Below are positions 9,041 through 20,945 of a stretch of DNA of 43,969 nt, piece after piece. How positions within the stretch are numbered: the stretch's first letter is position 1; each line of letters opens with the position of its first letter. Under the pieces are notes generated by a model. The model saw only the letters and a program-made list of their open reading frames with translations, was not told the origin of the DNA and ran no database searches. The position numbers were made by a program, and so were the translations under genes. Origin of the DNA: Trichodesmium sp. (GTDB taxonomy: Bacteria > Cyanobacteriota > Cyanobacteriia > Cyanobacteriales > Microcoleaceae); the NCBI GenBank assembly GCA_051439685.1, contig JBFRWR010000793.1:1-43969 (forward strand). Direction: 5' to 3'.

Positions 9041-10291
9041 TTATCCCCTTAATCGAGATGGTAAATTTCCAGTTCGTACCTGAAAATTCAAATTTTGACC
9101 ATTCCGATTAACTTCTAATTCCAACAAACTACCGACTGTTTTGTTTTGAACAATTTGTTGTACATTTTCAGATTCACTAATAGTTTGATTATCAATTTTT
9201 TGAATTATATCCCCTGGCTTTAAACCACTTTTATCAGCAGGAGAACCAGGAACAACTTGCATTACTAATACCCCTTGATCTGTGAATAACTGAATATTTG
9301 TATTGAAGTTTCGATTAAGTTCTTGCTTCAATTCCGGTGTTAAAGTCTGCATAGCAATACCCAAATAAGCGTGTTCTGCTTTACCCCCTTTAATTAATTG
9401 TTGAGCAATTTGTTGAGCATTATTAATAGGAATTGCAAATCCTAATCCTTGAGCGCCATCAATAATAGCTGTATTAATCCCAATTACCTCACCATTTTGA
9501 TTCAGCAGAGGCCCACCAGAATTACCAGGATTAATTGCAGCATCCGTTTGAATAAATCCTACCCGCTTATCTGGGACACCCACATCACTACTAGAACGAC
9601 CAGTCGCGCTAATGATACCCACCGTTACAGAATTATCCAGACCTAGTGGGTTGCCAATAGCGATCGCCCATTCACCAGGTTGCAAGTTATTTGAATCTCC
9701 GAGAGAAACAGTAGGTAAATTATTAGCATCAATTTTAATTACTGCTACATCAGTTACAGAGTCAGTACCCAAAACTCTACCTTGAAGGCGACGGCCATCT
9801 TTGAGGACAACTTCCACAGTCGTCGAACCTTCTACAACATGGGCATTAGTTAGAATATTGCCATCAGAACTAATAATAAAACCAGAACCAGTCCCTTGTT
9901 CAACTTGGCCAGAACGTCTTCTCGGTCCTTCATAACCATAGAAATCTTCTGGTACCCCTCTACCAAACATATTGGGTTGTCCACTAAATGATCGAGAAGC
10001 ATTAATCCTCACTACTGCTGGTCCAACTTGTTGAACGGCATTGACAATAAAGTTACTATTGGTAATAGGTCTTCTAACTGGCAACCAACTAGACTGTTGG
10101 GAGTTAGTATTACCATCTGTTGGACTAGGAGATTGAGTAACGGATAATTGGGCAACCTCACTGGAATTTTCTGATGAGTTAGTTGTGGAAAAAATCAGGC
10201 GATCGCCTAACAATGCTCCAATGGCACCTGCTATTAATAATAGATAAGTTAAGGGTTGTTTCCAAAATACTTTGCCTGTTTTATCTTTCAT
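9041..10291 (-). CDS. HtrA/HhoA/HhoB-family serine protease with a PDZ domain
   Basis: N-terminal TM helix; GSGFI, TNAHV, DVAVIK and QTDAAINPGNSGGPL; C-terminal PDZ domain. Confidence 0.95.
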   Translation of the reverse strand: MKDKTGKVFWKQPLTYLLLIAGAIGALLGDRLIFSTTNSSENSSEVAQLSVTQSPSPTDGNTNSQQSSWLPVRRPITNSNFIVNAVQQVGPAVVRINASRSFSGQPNMFGRGVPEDFYGYEGPRRRSGQVEQGTGSGFIISSDGNILTNAHVVEGSTTVEVVLKDGRRLQGRVLGTDSVTDVAVIKIDANNLPTVSLGDSNNLQPGEWAIAIGNPLGLDNSVTVGIISATGRSSSDVGVPDKRVGFIQTDAAINPGNSGGPLLNQNGEVIGINTAIIDGAQGLGFAIPINNAQQIAQQLIKGGKAEHAYLGIAMQTLTPELKQELNRNFNTNIQLFTDQGVLVMQVVPGSPADKSGLKPGDIIQKIDNQTISESENVQQIVQNKTVGSLLELEVNRNGQNLNFQVRTGNLPSRLRG

Positions 10292-11479
10292 TATCGTTTA
10301 TATATAAGTTAGTTAATTTGTTAAGAATGGATAAAGAGAGTGATGTGTCCTGATGGAATAGTTTAATTTGTCTACAATATTTTTAGGGTATATTACTTAA
10401 TCTTGGCTGCTAAATCTGCAAAAAAGATTTACGTTGTGGTTTTCTGATAGTGATACATTAAATTTAGCACTTCTAGGAAATGATGTCCGCCTATCTAGAT
10501 TTAGTGATTCTACCCTGATGCTTAGTATTGGAGAGTTGTTAAAATATATTGTTCAAATTATTCCTTGAACTTTATTAATTTTTGGCATAAATTTGATAAT
10601 TATCACTATATAATAATTACAATATTTAGGCTGTATAAGTTGTATTTTTATACTAAATGATCAGGGTTGGTGAAATACACAAGTTTTTGATTTGAGGGAA
10701 TAGGGAATAGGGAACAGAAAAAATACTTGACATGATTAATATTACCCCTACATAAAATTCTCGTATTTTAGGGTTTAGTATATTTACAATTACTCAAATA
10801 TTTATCCGGTTGTTTTCCTGAAAATCAAATCTATCTTTTTTTTGATAGATTTAGGTTTGATTTCTGATTTAGGATGAGTTTTGATTGTGTAAACAACTAC
10901 CATCATTATTTAACTGAGTCTTTATTTTCAGCTTAAATTTCCCTGAGAATTATTAATTCTTTTTATTTATTATTTAAACATCCTAAATATAATATATAGT
11001 AGTCCTACTTTATTCGTGGCAAAAATATTACTGCTTTTTAGGGAATAGGGAATAGGGAATAGGGAATAGGGAAAAGGTGAGAGTTTCAAGTTTTTTATTT
11101 ACTTTTTAATTACCCGCAACCTATCCACATATTGCTATATAAATATTGGCTATAAATTACAGCAATTTAGGCCGATAGTGAGGTAAATTTTTAATAATCT
11201 CTTTTCCTTGCTTGCTACTTCCTCTTGCTACCTGTGAAATATAAGCAGACAAGATGATCACGATACAAAAGTTTGACTATTCGCACCTTGTACCTCATTT
11301 TTCCGAAACATTTTGTATATCTTCTCAGAGGAATATACATCTCCATATAATCAAAAATAAATTCAATTATCTCTCACAAATAATAAATTTTCTTCTCCTA
11401 ACTTCCCACTCCCTATTTTCTCAGGGCTATTTCATTCTCAACTGTGCCATTTTGTGTATTTCCGAAAATACCTTATTTA

Positions 11480-11717
11480 GGGCTTGCTGATTAAATCTAA
11501 AAGCACTGACAGATGAAGGTTTTAACGTTGTTAGGCGCTTAAAAAGCACCAAGTTTTCGCTCCTTAGAGCTAATGTTATGTTAGGATTTTGGCTGACTAT
11601 GTATACAAATTGTCCCTCAATTTTGCCGAAACCTTTGCCTGTTTCCCCCATCTCCGCGTCTCCGCGTCCCCCTGTCGCCGCGTCCTACTCCCACCAACCA
11701 ATTTTTTCAGCAGACCC
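11480..11717. mobile_element. MITE family D (TIR GGGYTTGCTGA / TCAGCARACCC), flanked by duplicated TATTTA
   Basis: TATTTA at 11474-11479 and 11718-11723. Other copies at about 3360-3586, 22172-22553, 22910-23142 and 30178-30820; the last three are flanked by TAATTA. Confidence 0.8.
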
Positions 11718-11892
11718 TATTTAGAGCTTCTAGAAAATTTCTCTTTCCCTACCTGAAAGTAAGTAAATTCATGCTCAAAATCTAGAATGAAATTACCCTG
11801 CTATTTTCTAGAAATATCTAATACCAAACCAACTTTTAAACAAGGGTTTTTCCAAGTTGAAAATCATACTGAATACTCAAAGTTTAAAACTT

Positions 11893-12020
11893 TACCGAAT
11901 CATTAAGGTTTAAAGCCTTCTATTTCAAGAGAAACAATGAATTTATTGTCCTTTTATTCAATCATCTTCCTTTTAGGGAGAGGTAATTATCAATTATCAA
12001 TTATCAATTATCAATTATTG
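11893..12020. repeat. ~125-bp dispersed repeat with an inverted copy at about 25771-25885
   Basis: TTAAGGTTTAAAGCCTTCTATTTC...CTTCCTTTTAGGGAGAGGTAATTATCAATTATC is the reverse complement of the 25771-25885 sequence. Confidence 0.8.
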
Positions 12021-12768
12021 AATGAATACCCTCTTAACTAAACTATCCCTTATAAGGAACTCCTGAAAACCTTGTGGGGAGAGAGGGAAGAATGGGGAGT
12101 AAGAATATTGTCTACAATTTTCATAAAAATGTACTTTTCCATAGGCTTTTCTCCATAAAAAGACTCTCCCAGACTTACAGATAACTTCTCTATTTTATCA
12201 AGTTATCTGTAAAAAAAAATGTTTATAACTCACATTTCGGACGTCAAATTGTAACATTAAAAGTAGTATTAAAAATGGTGTTTAACTAAGTATTTATAGT
12301 GTGTAAATTATCTGATTGACCGTGATCATTCGTCAAATTTTGCGGGAAAATATTAAGCAGAAATACTTGATTAATTTACTCCTATTGACCATCAAGATTT
12401 TCTCCTGTCTCCTGTCTCCTTTTTTATACTAAGTTTTGAAGTGCCGAATGTAGGTTATAAAGCATAGTTAACTCAGGCGGATTTAGTATAATCTTCTTGA
12501 AGTAAATTCCTCATCGACTTTAAATAGGGGTTTTGTGAAAAAAATCCTACAGAAAAACACCTAGATTTTAGTGAATATTTCCCAGATATTTTTAAACCTT
12601 CAATAGTTTTGTATTCTGGCTTTCCATTACTCTCTAATATTTTATTTCCTTTTGTAAGTTGATTTGATCAACAGTCTCCAAAAAAGTCTAATTGACCACA
12701 TCAACAAGAAATCTAATTACTAAAATTCGCGGAAAAATTTCAATTAAATTAACAATTTAGAGCTGCAA

Positions 12769-13800
12769 TTAATCCTCAGCAAAAATATAGTGATAGAGTT
12801 CATCAGCTCCTGGTTCAGGACTATTATTAGCAAACTCAACAGCTTCATTAATTAAATCCTCAATTTTTTGATCAATTGCTTTTAACTCTGCTAAATCTGC
12901 CAAATTATTTTCTGTTAAATACTTACTAAATTTCTGAATAGGGTCGCGAGAGAACCAATACTCCTTTTCATTTTGATCCCGTAATTCATCAGGGTCTGCC
13001 AAAGAATGTCCTCGGAAACGATAAGTCAAAGCTTCAATTAAAGTCGGCCCCTCTCCAGCCCTCGCCCTAGCTATGGCCTCCTGAGCAGCAGAATATACTG
13101 CCAATACATCCATACCATCAACTTCCACACCTGCCATACCAAAAGCATGAGCTTTTTGATAAATCTCAGGTACTGAAGTAGCCCGTTCGTGAGCCATACC
13201 AATTGCCCACTTATTATTTTCCACCACATAAATGATTGGTAGCTTCCATAATGTGGCCATATTTAAACATTCAAAGAACTGACCATTATTGCAAGCTCCA
13301 TCTCCAAAGAAACAAGCCGTAACTTGGTCAGCATTTTCATTTCCCATACTTTCTCGACGATATTTACTTTGAAAAGCTGCCCCAGTCGCCACAGGAATAC
13401 CTTCAGCTACAAAAGCATAACCTCCTAATAGATTATGTTGCTCTGAAAACATATGCATCGAACCACCACGACCTTTTGAACAACCTGTAGCTTTGCCAAA
13501 CAATTCAGCCATAACTTCCCTTGCAGGTACACCAGCACTGAGCGCATGAACATGGTCTCTATAGGTGCTACAGACAAAATCTTCATCTTGTCGCATCGCT
13601 TTAATTACACCGGAAGACACTCCCTCTTGTCCATTGTAAAGATGAACAAAACCGAACATTTTGCCTCGGTAATACATCTCGGCACACTTATCTTCAAACA
13701 AGCGTCCTAAAACCATATCTTCGTAGAGTATTAAACCTTCTTCTTTACTTATTTTTATACTATTGGTATCGAAAGTAGGAGCAGTACGTTCTTGAATCAT
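12769..13800 (-). CDS. pdhA: Pyruvate dehydrogenase E1 alpha subunit
   Basis: [24 protein letters not shown] motif GDGA..NGQFFE..N, and [11 protein letters not shown]. Confidence 0.98.
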   Translation of the reverse strand: MIQERTAPTFDTNSIKISKEEGLILYEDMVLGRLFEDKCAEMYYRGKMFGFVHLYNGQEGVSSGVIKAMRQDEDFVCSTYRDHVHALSAGVPAREVMAELFGKATGCSKGRGGSMHMFSEQHNLLGGYAFVAEGIPVATGAAFQSKYRRESMGNENADQVTACFFGDGACNNGQFFECLNMATLWKLPIIYVVENNKWAIGMAHERATSVPEIYQKAHAFGMAGVEVDGMDVLAVYSAAQEAIARARAGEGPTLIEALTYRFRGHSLADPDELRDQNEKEYWFSRDPIQKFSKYLTENNLADLAELKAIDQKIEDLINEAVEFANNSPEPGADELYHYIFAED

Positions 13801-14525
13801 TTTTATTTGTTTTAAGCTAGTATAATTAGTCTAAATGTGGCAAAAGAAATATTTAACAAAATTCCCTAATGTTAAAGTTAACACTACTCGTATCTCAGAG
13901 TTATAGGAATTTATATTTAGTAACTTATTAATATACAGCGGATTTCTGCTCCATGAGGTATGTTGTGACAGGTAAGGTGCCTGCCCTACAAAGCTTTTAT
14001 CATATATTTGTACCTTATAACTTCGGAATCGCCTGTATATATAAAATAATCTAGATAACCTTGACTACCCTCTTGATATAAAATACTCACTCCTAAATGT
14101 TACAAGTATTACTTTGTCTTGTTAATATCCGGCAGTAAACTATTTTCTGCTGAAATGCAACATCTAATCTCTGAGCAGTGATACTCTTTGTCTAATATTT
14201 ATGGCAATAATTAATTTTTTTCAAAAGTAGTCAAAATTTGGATAGTATGCTCTTATAATTAGGAGGGATTTTTAGATAAATTGGAATTTTGATGGTAAAA
14301 TTAATTGGGTGTTGATATTATTGGATGCAGATTTAAAGAATCATAGCTTCTGGGAAATCTCACAATATTTGTTTGTAATAAACCAAGCAAATTCTAGAGT
14401 ATCAATTATTGCCTAGTGTTAGAACTATCAACAAAAAAAGCTTTAAAGTAATACAGAACACCTCTGTTAATCAGCAAAAAAAATATTATTAACCAATATG
14501 TAACTCGCCTTTGAGGAAATGCACT

Positions 14526-16883
14526 GTGCGGATTCCACTAGATTATTACCGAATTTTAGGTTTACCAATTCAGGCTACTGCTGAACAATTACGGCAGGCA
14601 CATCAAGATAGGATCCAGCAGTTTCCTAGAAGGGAGTATTCTGAGGCAACAATAGTTGCCCGTAAACAACTAATAGATGAAGCTTATGCTGTTCTGGCTG
14701 ATCCAGAACAACGCCAAACCTACGATGGCAGCTTTCTCGCTAAAACTTATGAGCCAGAAACCGAACAATTAACTCCAAGTTCTCGAATAAACTTTGACAA
14801 AGAGGACAAGGAAACAAAACTTCAACAAATAGAAGAACCTTCCTCTCAAGAAAGTTCTAGGCAGTCAGAAAGAAGAATTAGAGCTAAAGTCAGAGATAAC
14901 CAAGTTAACTATGAGTTTGACCCTAATACTCCCAGTATAGAAATAGAATATCCACAATTTGTAGGAGCCCTCCTAATTTTACAGGAACTAGGGGAATACG
15001 AACTGGTATTAAAACTTACTCATCCTTATCTGACTAATAATAGTATTGCAATTAAAGATGGACGTTTTGGAGAACCATCTTTGGTAATGCCAGATATTGT
15101 CCTGACAGTAGCTTTAGCAAATTTAGAACTGGGCAGAGAACAATGGCAACAAGGACAATATGAAAATGCGGCCACAGCTTTAGAAGCTGGTCAGGGATTG
15201 TTGCTCCGAGAAAATCTCTTTGTCCAAGTTAGAGGCGAAATCCAAGCTGACCTCTATAAGCTACGTCCTTATAGAGTCATGGAGCTATTAGCATTACCAG
15301 AAGAATTGGCGCTCGATCGTCGCCGTGGCCTAGAAATTCTGCAAGATATGCTCAATGAACGGGGTGGAATTGATGGTCAAGGGGACGATCAATCTGGACT
15401 GGGAGTAGAAGATTTTCTCAAATTTATTCAGCAGCTACGTCACTACTTAAGCACATCAGAACAAAAGAAATTATTTGAGGGTGAAGCTAATCGTCCTTCG
15501 GCAGTTGGTACATACCTAGCAGTTTATACCTTTTTAGCTCAAGGTTTTGCTCAAAAACAACCAGCTTTGATTCGTAAAGCTAAGTTGATGTTAATGCAAT
15601 TAGGCAGAAGTCAAGATGTCAACTTAGAAAAATCTGTATGTGCTTTACTGTTAGGACAAACAGAAGAAGCTAGTCGTTCATTAGAACTGAGCCATGAAAG
15701 TGAACCGTTATCCTTTATTCAAGCAAATTCTCAAGAATCTCCAGACTTATTACCAGGTTTGTGTCTTTATGCAGAACATTGGTTAACAGAAGAAGTATTT
15801 CCACATTTCCGTGAATTGTCCGATAAGTCAGCTTCTTTGAAAGATTATTTTGCAGATCAGCACGTTCAAGCTTATCTAGAAGCTTTACCAACAGAATCAG
15901 AAACAGCTAACCAGTGGGTAGTTGTCCAACCCCGTCGCGATCGGGATACAGAACAGATGTTTTATGGGAAAGAACCAGGAAAATCTTCAGTATCAGGTTC
16001 AGAACAGAAAAGTTTTTCTGGTGTTGGTAGTTCTACAACTGCTACTCTTGCTTCTGCCAGAAAAGGAACATCTAATCAACTAAATTCTACTATCAATTCG
16101 TCACTTTTAGAAGCAGAAAAATCATCAGGTATAGAACAACAGGAATCCTCCTTAAGTTCTGGTCGCTATTCGGGAAGAATCAGAGAAAGAAGTAGGAGTA
16201 GTTTACCTCAGTTTAATGAAAATATATCAGAAGGATTTCCCCAATCCATACCAGAAAATACTCCACGCAGAACTTCAGGTAGAAGAGAATCTGTCAAAGT
16301 TGGTCGTTTAATATCAATTAGTCTTCTGGGATTATTGGGAATAGGACTAATCGGTTTTATTACAATCAAAATTATTGGTTGGTTAGCAAATGCTTTAGAA
16401 TTAGGTGGACCTAGACTACAAGGGGAACAAGCTGATATCCAGTTAAATAGCTCTCTAATCGAAATACCAGAACCTAATCAAGTTAACTTGACAGGATCAG
16501 GTCCGATGACAAAAGAAGTAGCACAACTAGCCATTCAAAGTTGGTTAGATGTCAAAGCTGCTGCTTTAGGTCCTAACCATCAAGTTGAACAATTACAAAA
16601 TATTTTAGTAGACCCAGCTCTGTCTCGCTGGTTACCTACAGCGAATGCTCTGAAGCGAGAGAACTCTTATCGACAGTATCAGCATAATCTAGAGATAAAA
16701 AATTTCAAAGTAAGTAACCAAGAGGGGAATCAAGCTCAAGTAGAAGCTGAAGTTAGAGAAACAGTTAAATTTTATGAAAATGGTAGATTGACCAATTCTG
16801 ATAATGAAAACTTACTTGTTCGTTATAATTTAGTTCGTCAAAGTGGAAAATGGCAAATTAGCGATTGGAAGGTACTTAGATAA
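14526..16883 (+). CDS. ftn2: Cell division protein Ftn2/ZipN (ARC6-like; DnaJ-like N-terminus, TM helix, C-terminal IMS/DUF4101 domain)
   Basis: The canonical start MRIPLDYYRILG (GTG at 14526, GAGGA RBS). 'LYKLRPYR', 'PDLLPGLCLYAEHWL..EVFP', and C-terminal 'VRYNLVRQSGKWQI'. Confidence 0.93.
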   Translation: MRIPLDYYRILGLPIQATAEQLRQAHQDRIQQFPRREYSEATIVARKQLIDEAYAVLADPEQRQTYDGSFLAKTYEPETEQLTPSSRINFDKEDKETKLQQIEEPSSQESSRQSERRIRAKVRDNQVNYEFDPNTPSIEIEYPQFVGALLILQELGEYELVLKLTHPYLTNNSIAIKDGRFGEPSLVMPDIVLTVALANLELGREQWQQGQYENAATALEAGQGLLLRENLFVQVRGEIQADLYKLRPYRVMELLALPEELALDRRRGLEILQDMLNERGGIDGQGDDQSGLGVEDFLKFIQQLRHYLSTSEQKKLFEGEANRPSAVGTYLAVYTFLAQGFAQKQPALIRKAKLMLMQLGRSQDVNLEKSVCALLLGQTEEASRSLELSHESEPLSFIQANSQESPDLLPGLCLYAEHWLTEEVFPHFRELSDKSASLKDYFADQHVQAYLEALPTESETANQWVVVQPRRDRDTEQMFYGKEPGKSSVSGSEQKSFSGVGSSTTATLASARKGTSNQLNSTINSSLLEAEKSSGIEQQESSLSSGRYSGRIRERSRSSLPQFNENISEGFPQSIPENTPRRTSGRRESVKVGRLISISLLGLLGIGLIGFITIKIIGWLANALELGGPRLQGEQADIQLNSSLIEIPEPNQVNLTGSGPMTKEVAQLAIQSWLDVKAAALGPNHQVEQLQNILVDPALSRWLPTANALKRENSYRQYQHNLEIKNFKVSNQEGNQAQVEAEVRETVKFYENGRLTNSDNENLLVRYNLVRQSGKWQISDWKVLR

Positions 16884-17067
16884 TTTTCATATTATTCAGA
16901 AGTGCAATAAAAATTATCTATAAAAGTCATTTTGTATCTTCGCAAAGGTGAGGTTTTTTGGCAAAGGAGTCAACCCACCCCTAACCCCTCCCATGATAGG
17001 AATTCAGGAAAAATGGGAATGAACGAGGAGGTAGTTGGAACAATAGTTTTTGCAGTTTTAAAGAAGT

Positions 17068-17625
17068 TTATTCGTAAGTACCATAAAGCCAATTCCCAGA
17101 AGCATTCAAATCATCACTGATATGAAACTCTTGGGAGGCTTGGAAATATTCATCCCGTGAAATATACCCATCCGCATTGCGGTCTAAATGGGCAAAAGCT
17201 GTTTCAGCATCTTTTTCCGTCAGACCAACAGCTATACAAAATTGTTTATATTCTACAAGGCTAATTTGACCATCATTACTAGCATCTAAAATGTCAAATA
17301 TCGCATTAGCTTTAGCCTTGTGAGCCTCTTGAAGTTCAGTAGAATTAGAAAAGTTATTAATTGAATTATCTGCTACTTTCAGATATTCTTCTAAGCTCAC
17401 TTTCCCATCACCATTAATATCAGCAGGTTGCCAAAAATTTGTCCATATTGCTGAATATTTGGCTTTTAATTCTAGAAATTCTGATGAGTCTGGTTTCCAG
17501 TTTCGTAGTTTACTAAGATTACTGGCACAACGTTCTAGATCGGCTACTTCTACAAATCCACTTTTATCTACATCGTATACCTGAAAATTTTTAGTGTGTT
17601 TTTTTTGCAAGAGTTGACTTAACAT
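17068..17625 (-). CDS. Four-EF-hand calcium-binding protein (calerythrin-like)
   Basis: Loops DVDKSGFVEVAD, DINGDGKVSLEE, DASNDGQISLVE and DRNADGYISRDE. C-terminal GNWLYG. Confidence 0.88.
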   Translation of the reverse strand: MLSQLLQKKHTKNFQVYDVDKSGFVEVADLERCASNLSKLRNWKPDSSEFLELKAKYSAIWTNFWQPADINGDGKVSLEEYLKVADNSINNFSNSTELQEAHKAKANAIFDILDASNDGQISLVEYKQFCIAVGLTEKDAETAFAHLDRNADGYISRDEYFQASQEFHISDDLNASGNWLYGTYE

Positions 17626-17989
17626 TGATTTTTCTCCGCCGATGCCTAGATAATACTAAACTAGATTATGTTTTAACATCATACCATTACACTAACGCGG
17701 TTAATTAGAATGACCTGATGTTTATATTAGGTATCTCCAGAAAATAAACTTCCTCTTGATTTAATATCTATCTAGAAAAACAGAAAAATTTGGAGTTTTC
17801 CCGTAGTAGAATTTCTCAGACTCAGGAAAATAGATAATATCTTTCACCCTCTACTCAAAACTATAACGTTGGAGATTTAGGCTCAAGTCCGAGCCAAATT
17901 AAAATGCCAATTATCCGCTGCGATGTTCTAATTATTATATAAATGAAAAAAGCTAATAGCTCATTGCTAATTACTATTATAAAAAAACT

Positions 17990-19252
17990 GTGAACTCCAT
18001 AGACTCTTTCCTGAAACGCTTTGAACATTTCGGCGTTGAGCTTGGTCTCGAACGCATCTACCAACTTCTAGATAACTTGGGCAACCCCCATGAACAAGTA
18101 CCCATAATTCATGTTGCTGGGACAAACGGTAAAGGTTCAGTCTGTGCTTACCTATCATCTATCCTTACAGCAGCAGGATATAAAGTCGGACGTTACACCT
18201 CACCTCATCTGGTTGACTGGACAGAACGTATTTGCCTCAATGAAGAAAAAATTTCCTCCACTACATTAGAACAAGTATTGCTAGAAGTAGAAGCAGCTAT
18301 TCCACCAGAACAACCTTCACCTACTCAGTTTGAAGTTATTACTGCTGCTGCTTGGTTATATTTTGCTCAACAAGAAGTAGATATAGCAGTTGTAGAAGTA
18401 GGTTTAGGAGGGAGACTAGACGCCACAAATGTTTGTCACCAACCAATGGTAACTGTTATTACTTCTATTAGTTGGGAACATTGGCAAAGATTAGGTCCTA
18501 CTTTGAGTCATATTGCTGGCGAAAAGGCGGGTATTCTTAAACTAAGATGTCCTGCTATAGTTGGAGTTTTACTTCCAGAAGCAAAAACAGTAGTAGAAAA
18601 ACGTATTACTGCCCTCGAATGTCCTGTTGTTTGGGTAGAACCTGCAGAATTATTAGAAGCAAGTCAGGAAAATAACTCATTGCTAGTAGCTACTTATCAA
18701 GGGATTGAATATCAACTACCATTATTTGGAGATGTGCAGTTGATAAATTCAGCGATCGCCATTGCCACAGTCCAAGTGCTAGAAACACAAGGTTGGCAAG
18801 TCCCAACCTCAGCAATTCAACAGGGAATAGCTGAAACTAAATGGCCTGGACGTTTACAATGGACTACATGGCAAAATAGAAAATTATTAATAGATGGTGC
18901 CCATAATGCTGCTGCTGCCCAAGTGTTGGGGCGGTATGTCAGGACACTTGATTATCCATCTATCAGTTGGGTGATGGGTATGCTGTCTACTAAAGAACAT
19001 TCGGCAATTTTTCAGGCGCTGATTAGACCAGGCGATCGCCTCTACCTAGTTCCTGTCCCGGACCATAGTTCTGCTGACCCAGAGGAACTTAGTCAACTTG
19101 CTATGAATGTATGCACAGAATTAGAGTTTAGTCAAGCCTATTCCGACTTAACAATAGCTTTGCCGGAAGCTATGAGTGATCGTGAAAATCTAATTGTTTT
19201 GTGTGGTTCTTTGTATTTATTAGGTAATTTTTTAGCAAATAGCAACAGCTAA
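17990..19252 (+). CDS. folC: Folylpolyglutamate synthase/dihydrofolate synthase
   Basis: HVAGTNGKGS, YTSPHL, EVGLGGRLDATN, WPGR, DGAHN, CGSLYL. Confidence 0.97.
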   Translation: MNSIDSFLKRFEHFGVELGLERIYQLLDNLGNPHEQVPIIHVAGTNGKGSVCAYLSSILTAAGYKVGRYTSPHLVDWTERICLNEEKISSTTLEQVLLEVEAAIPPEQPSPTQFEVITAAAWLYFAQQEVDIAVVEVGLGGRLDATNVCHQPMVTVITSISWEHWQRLGPTLSHIAGEKAGILKLRCPAIVGVLLPEAKTVVEKRITALECPVVWVEPAELLEASQENNSLLVATYQGIEYQLPLFGDVQLINSAIAIATVQVLETQGWQVPTSAIQQGIAETKWPGRLQWTTWQNRKLLIDGAHNAAAAQVLGRYVRTLDYPSISWVMGMLSTKEHSAIFQALIRPGDRLYLVPVPDHSSADPEELSQLAMNVCTELEFSQAYSDLTIALPEAMSDRENLIVLCGSLYLLGNFLANSNS

Positions 19253-20497
19253 ATTTCCAACCACTGATATGTCTGTTTTTGTATTTTCTGAATCCAGATA
19301 TTTCTGCAAAATAGATTGAACTTTTTCCTGATTTATTGGTTTATTAATAAACTCAGAACATCCTACAAACTGAGCGCGAACTCGATCAATTAGACCTTCC
19401 CTACCAGTTGAAATTACTATAGGAGTATTTTTCAAATGAGGAATTTTCCTGATTTGACTACATATTTCATAACCATTAGTCACAGGCATATCTATATCTA
19501 AAAATATTAAGTCAGGCTTAACTTTCATCAGATTAGGTAAAGCCAATGTTGACTTTTGAATTCCCATAAACCGATAGTTATTTTTAGTAATGATTTTTTT
19601 CATTACTTTATTAATTATTGGGCAGTCATCAATACAAACTATTAATTTGTTTTGCCTGTGATAAATTCTATTTCTAGAAGTTGAAATTAATGGTAAATCT
19701 TCTGCTTGAACATCTTTGTCTTGATTGTCTAAAGCGTTAACCCTAACTATAGCCAATGCAGGTAAATCAGGCAAAAAAGTTAGTTTAATTATGCCTTTGC
19801 GGACATAATTGATTAATGTTTTAGTTAACCTCAATAAATCCTGCTTTAAATAAAAAGCTAAATCTCGTAGTGTTAGTTCTTTACTAATTAATTTCTTGAA
19901 TTTTTGGTATACCAAATTTGAAGATTGTTGTTTTAGGGATTCAGGACTATTCAATATAGGTATTAAATTAGGAGAATATCTATATAAATTTTCATCACAC
20001 CAAGCTTGCCATATTGGTTTCACCTTTTCAAAAGCTTCATAAATACTCAAACGAAAAATGGGTTGCTTCATTTCTGCTTGTAAATTACAAGTTATCGAAG
20101 TAACCTGTAAAGTATTTAAGCTATCTTCCTGAATCAAATCAAACAATACTTCTATCAAGCTATTATTAATAATAGAATGAGCTTGAGAAACAGAAATTTT
20201 TTCCTGTTCCAGTAAAATATTGATGATGTAATATTGCCAACTTTCACAAACATCATTGGTATAGAAACTCAGAGTTTCTAAAGAAATTGAAGGGCAAAAT
20301 TGATTAAAATTCCTACGCCATCTTCGCCAACAAGTATTACCACCTGTTGCCCAAGTTAAACACCCACGATGAAAATATAATTGCCAAATTTCTGCTTCTC
20401 TATTTTGAAATTCTAACTTACCACTAAATTGTTTGGGTATCAGATGAATTAACTCCTTAAAAAATTTAGCGGTAGTAGGTTTTGTGTTGATTATCAT
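19232..20497 (-). CDS. PatA-family response regulator (PATAN/DUF4388 + HTH + receiver)
   Basis: N-terminal 'FSGKLEF..W.LYF..G.L.WATGG...RRW.R'. C-terminal REC domain with IDD, DLIFLDIDMP..NGYEIC and INKP. The 3' end overlaps folC by 21 nt. Confidence 0.88.
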   Translation of the reverse strand: MIINTKPTTAKFFKELIHLIPKQFSGKLEFQNREAEIWQLYFHRGCLTWATGGNTCWRRWRRNFNQFCPSISLETLSFYTNDVCESWQYYIINILLEQEKISVSQAHSIINNSLIEVLFDLIQEDSLNTLQVTSITCNLQAEMKQPIFRLSIYEAFEKVKPIWQAWCDENLYRYSPNLIPILNSPESLKQQSSNLVYQKFKKLISKELTLRDLAFYLKQDLLRLTKTLINYVRKGIIKLTFLPDLPALAIVRVNALDNQDKDVQAEDLPLISTSRNRIYHRQNKLIVCIDDCPIINKVMKKIITKNNYRFMGIQKSTLALPNLMKVKPDLIFLDIDMPVTNGYEICSQIRKIPHLKNTPIVISTGREGLIDRVRAQFVGCSEFINKPINQEKVQSILQKYLDSENTKTDISVVGNLAVAIC

Positions 20498-20859
20498 TTT
20501 TAATACTCCATCAATGCAGTCCTGAATTTCTATATTCCTAGATTTTAGATATATAGATAATAGTTCATCGAAATATTTACATTTACCATTCCTCTGAATT
20601 TTTACTGAATATTTACCAAAACTTTATGATTTTGATAAAGATTATGAAGTTTTGGTAAACTCAGTCAACACTTTTATGAGGATACAATTAAGTAGAGTAT
20701 GATAAATTTTGTGCGTTATGTATTAAATTGTAAATTAGCTAAAAAGTCTAGTTATATTAATTGCTGAAAGTGTTTTATGGCTCAAGATGCAACCTCTTTT
20801 TTTTAGCTTGCTCTACTTAGGTCAAACATACTTTAAAAGAGAATTGGGTTTATATAAAG

Positions 20860-20945
20860 CAGCTTCCGAAGTTATGAGGTACATGATATTTATGGTTTTA
20901 GGGAATAGGAAATAAGCAATAGGCAATAGGCACAAAATATTCATT
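20860..20945 (+). repeat. Family B MITE left arm, directly repeated at about 25535-25623
   Basis: TTATGAGGTACATGATATTTATGGTTTTAGGGAATAGG.AATAAGCAATA.GCAATAGGCACAAAATATTCATT is present at both sites. Confidence 0.8.

Noticed and set aside
11254-11651. ORFs 11254-11490 and 11427-11651
   Set aside because: They overlap MITE sequence (family D and a B-like element) and have no protein features.
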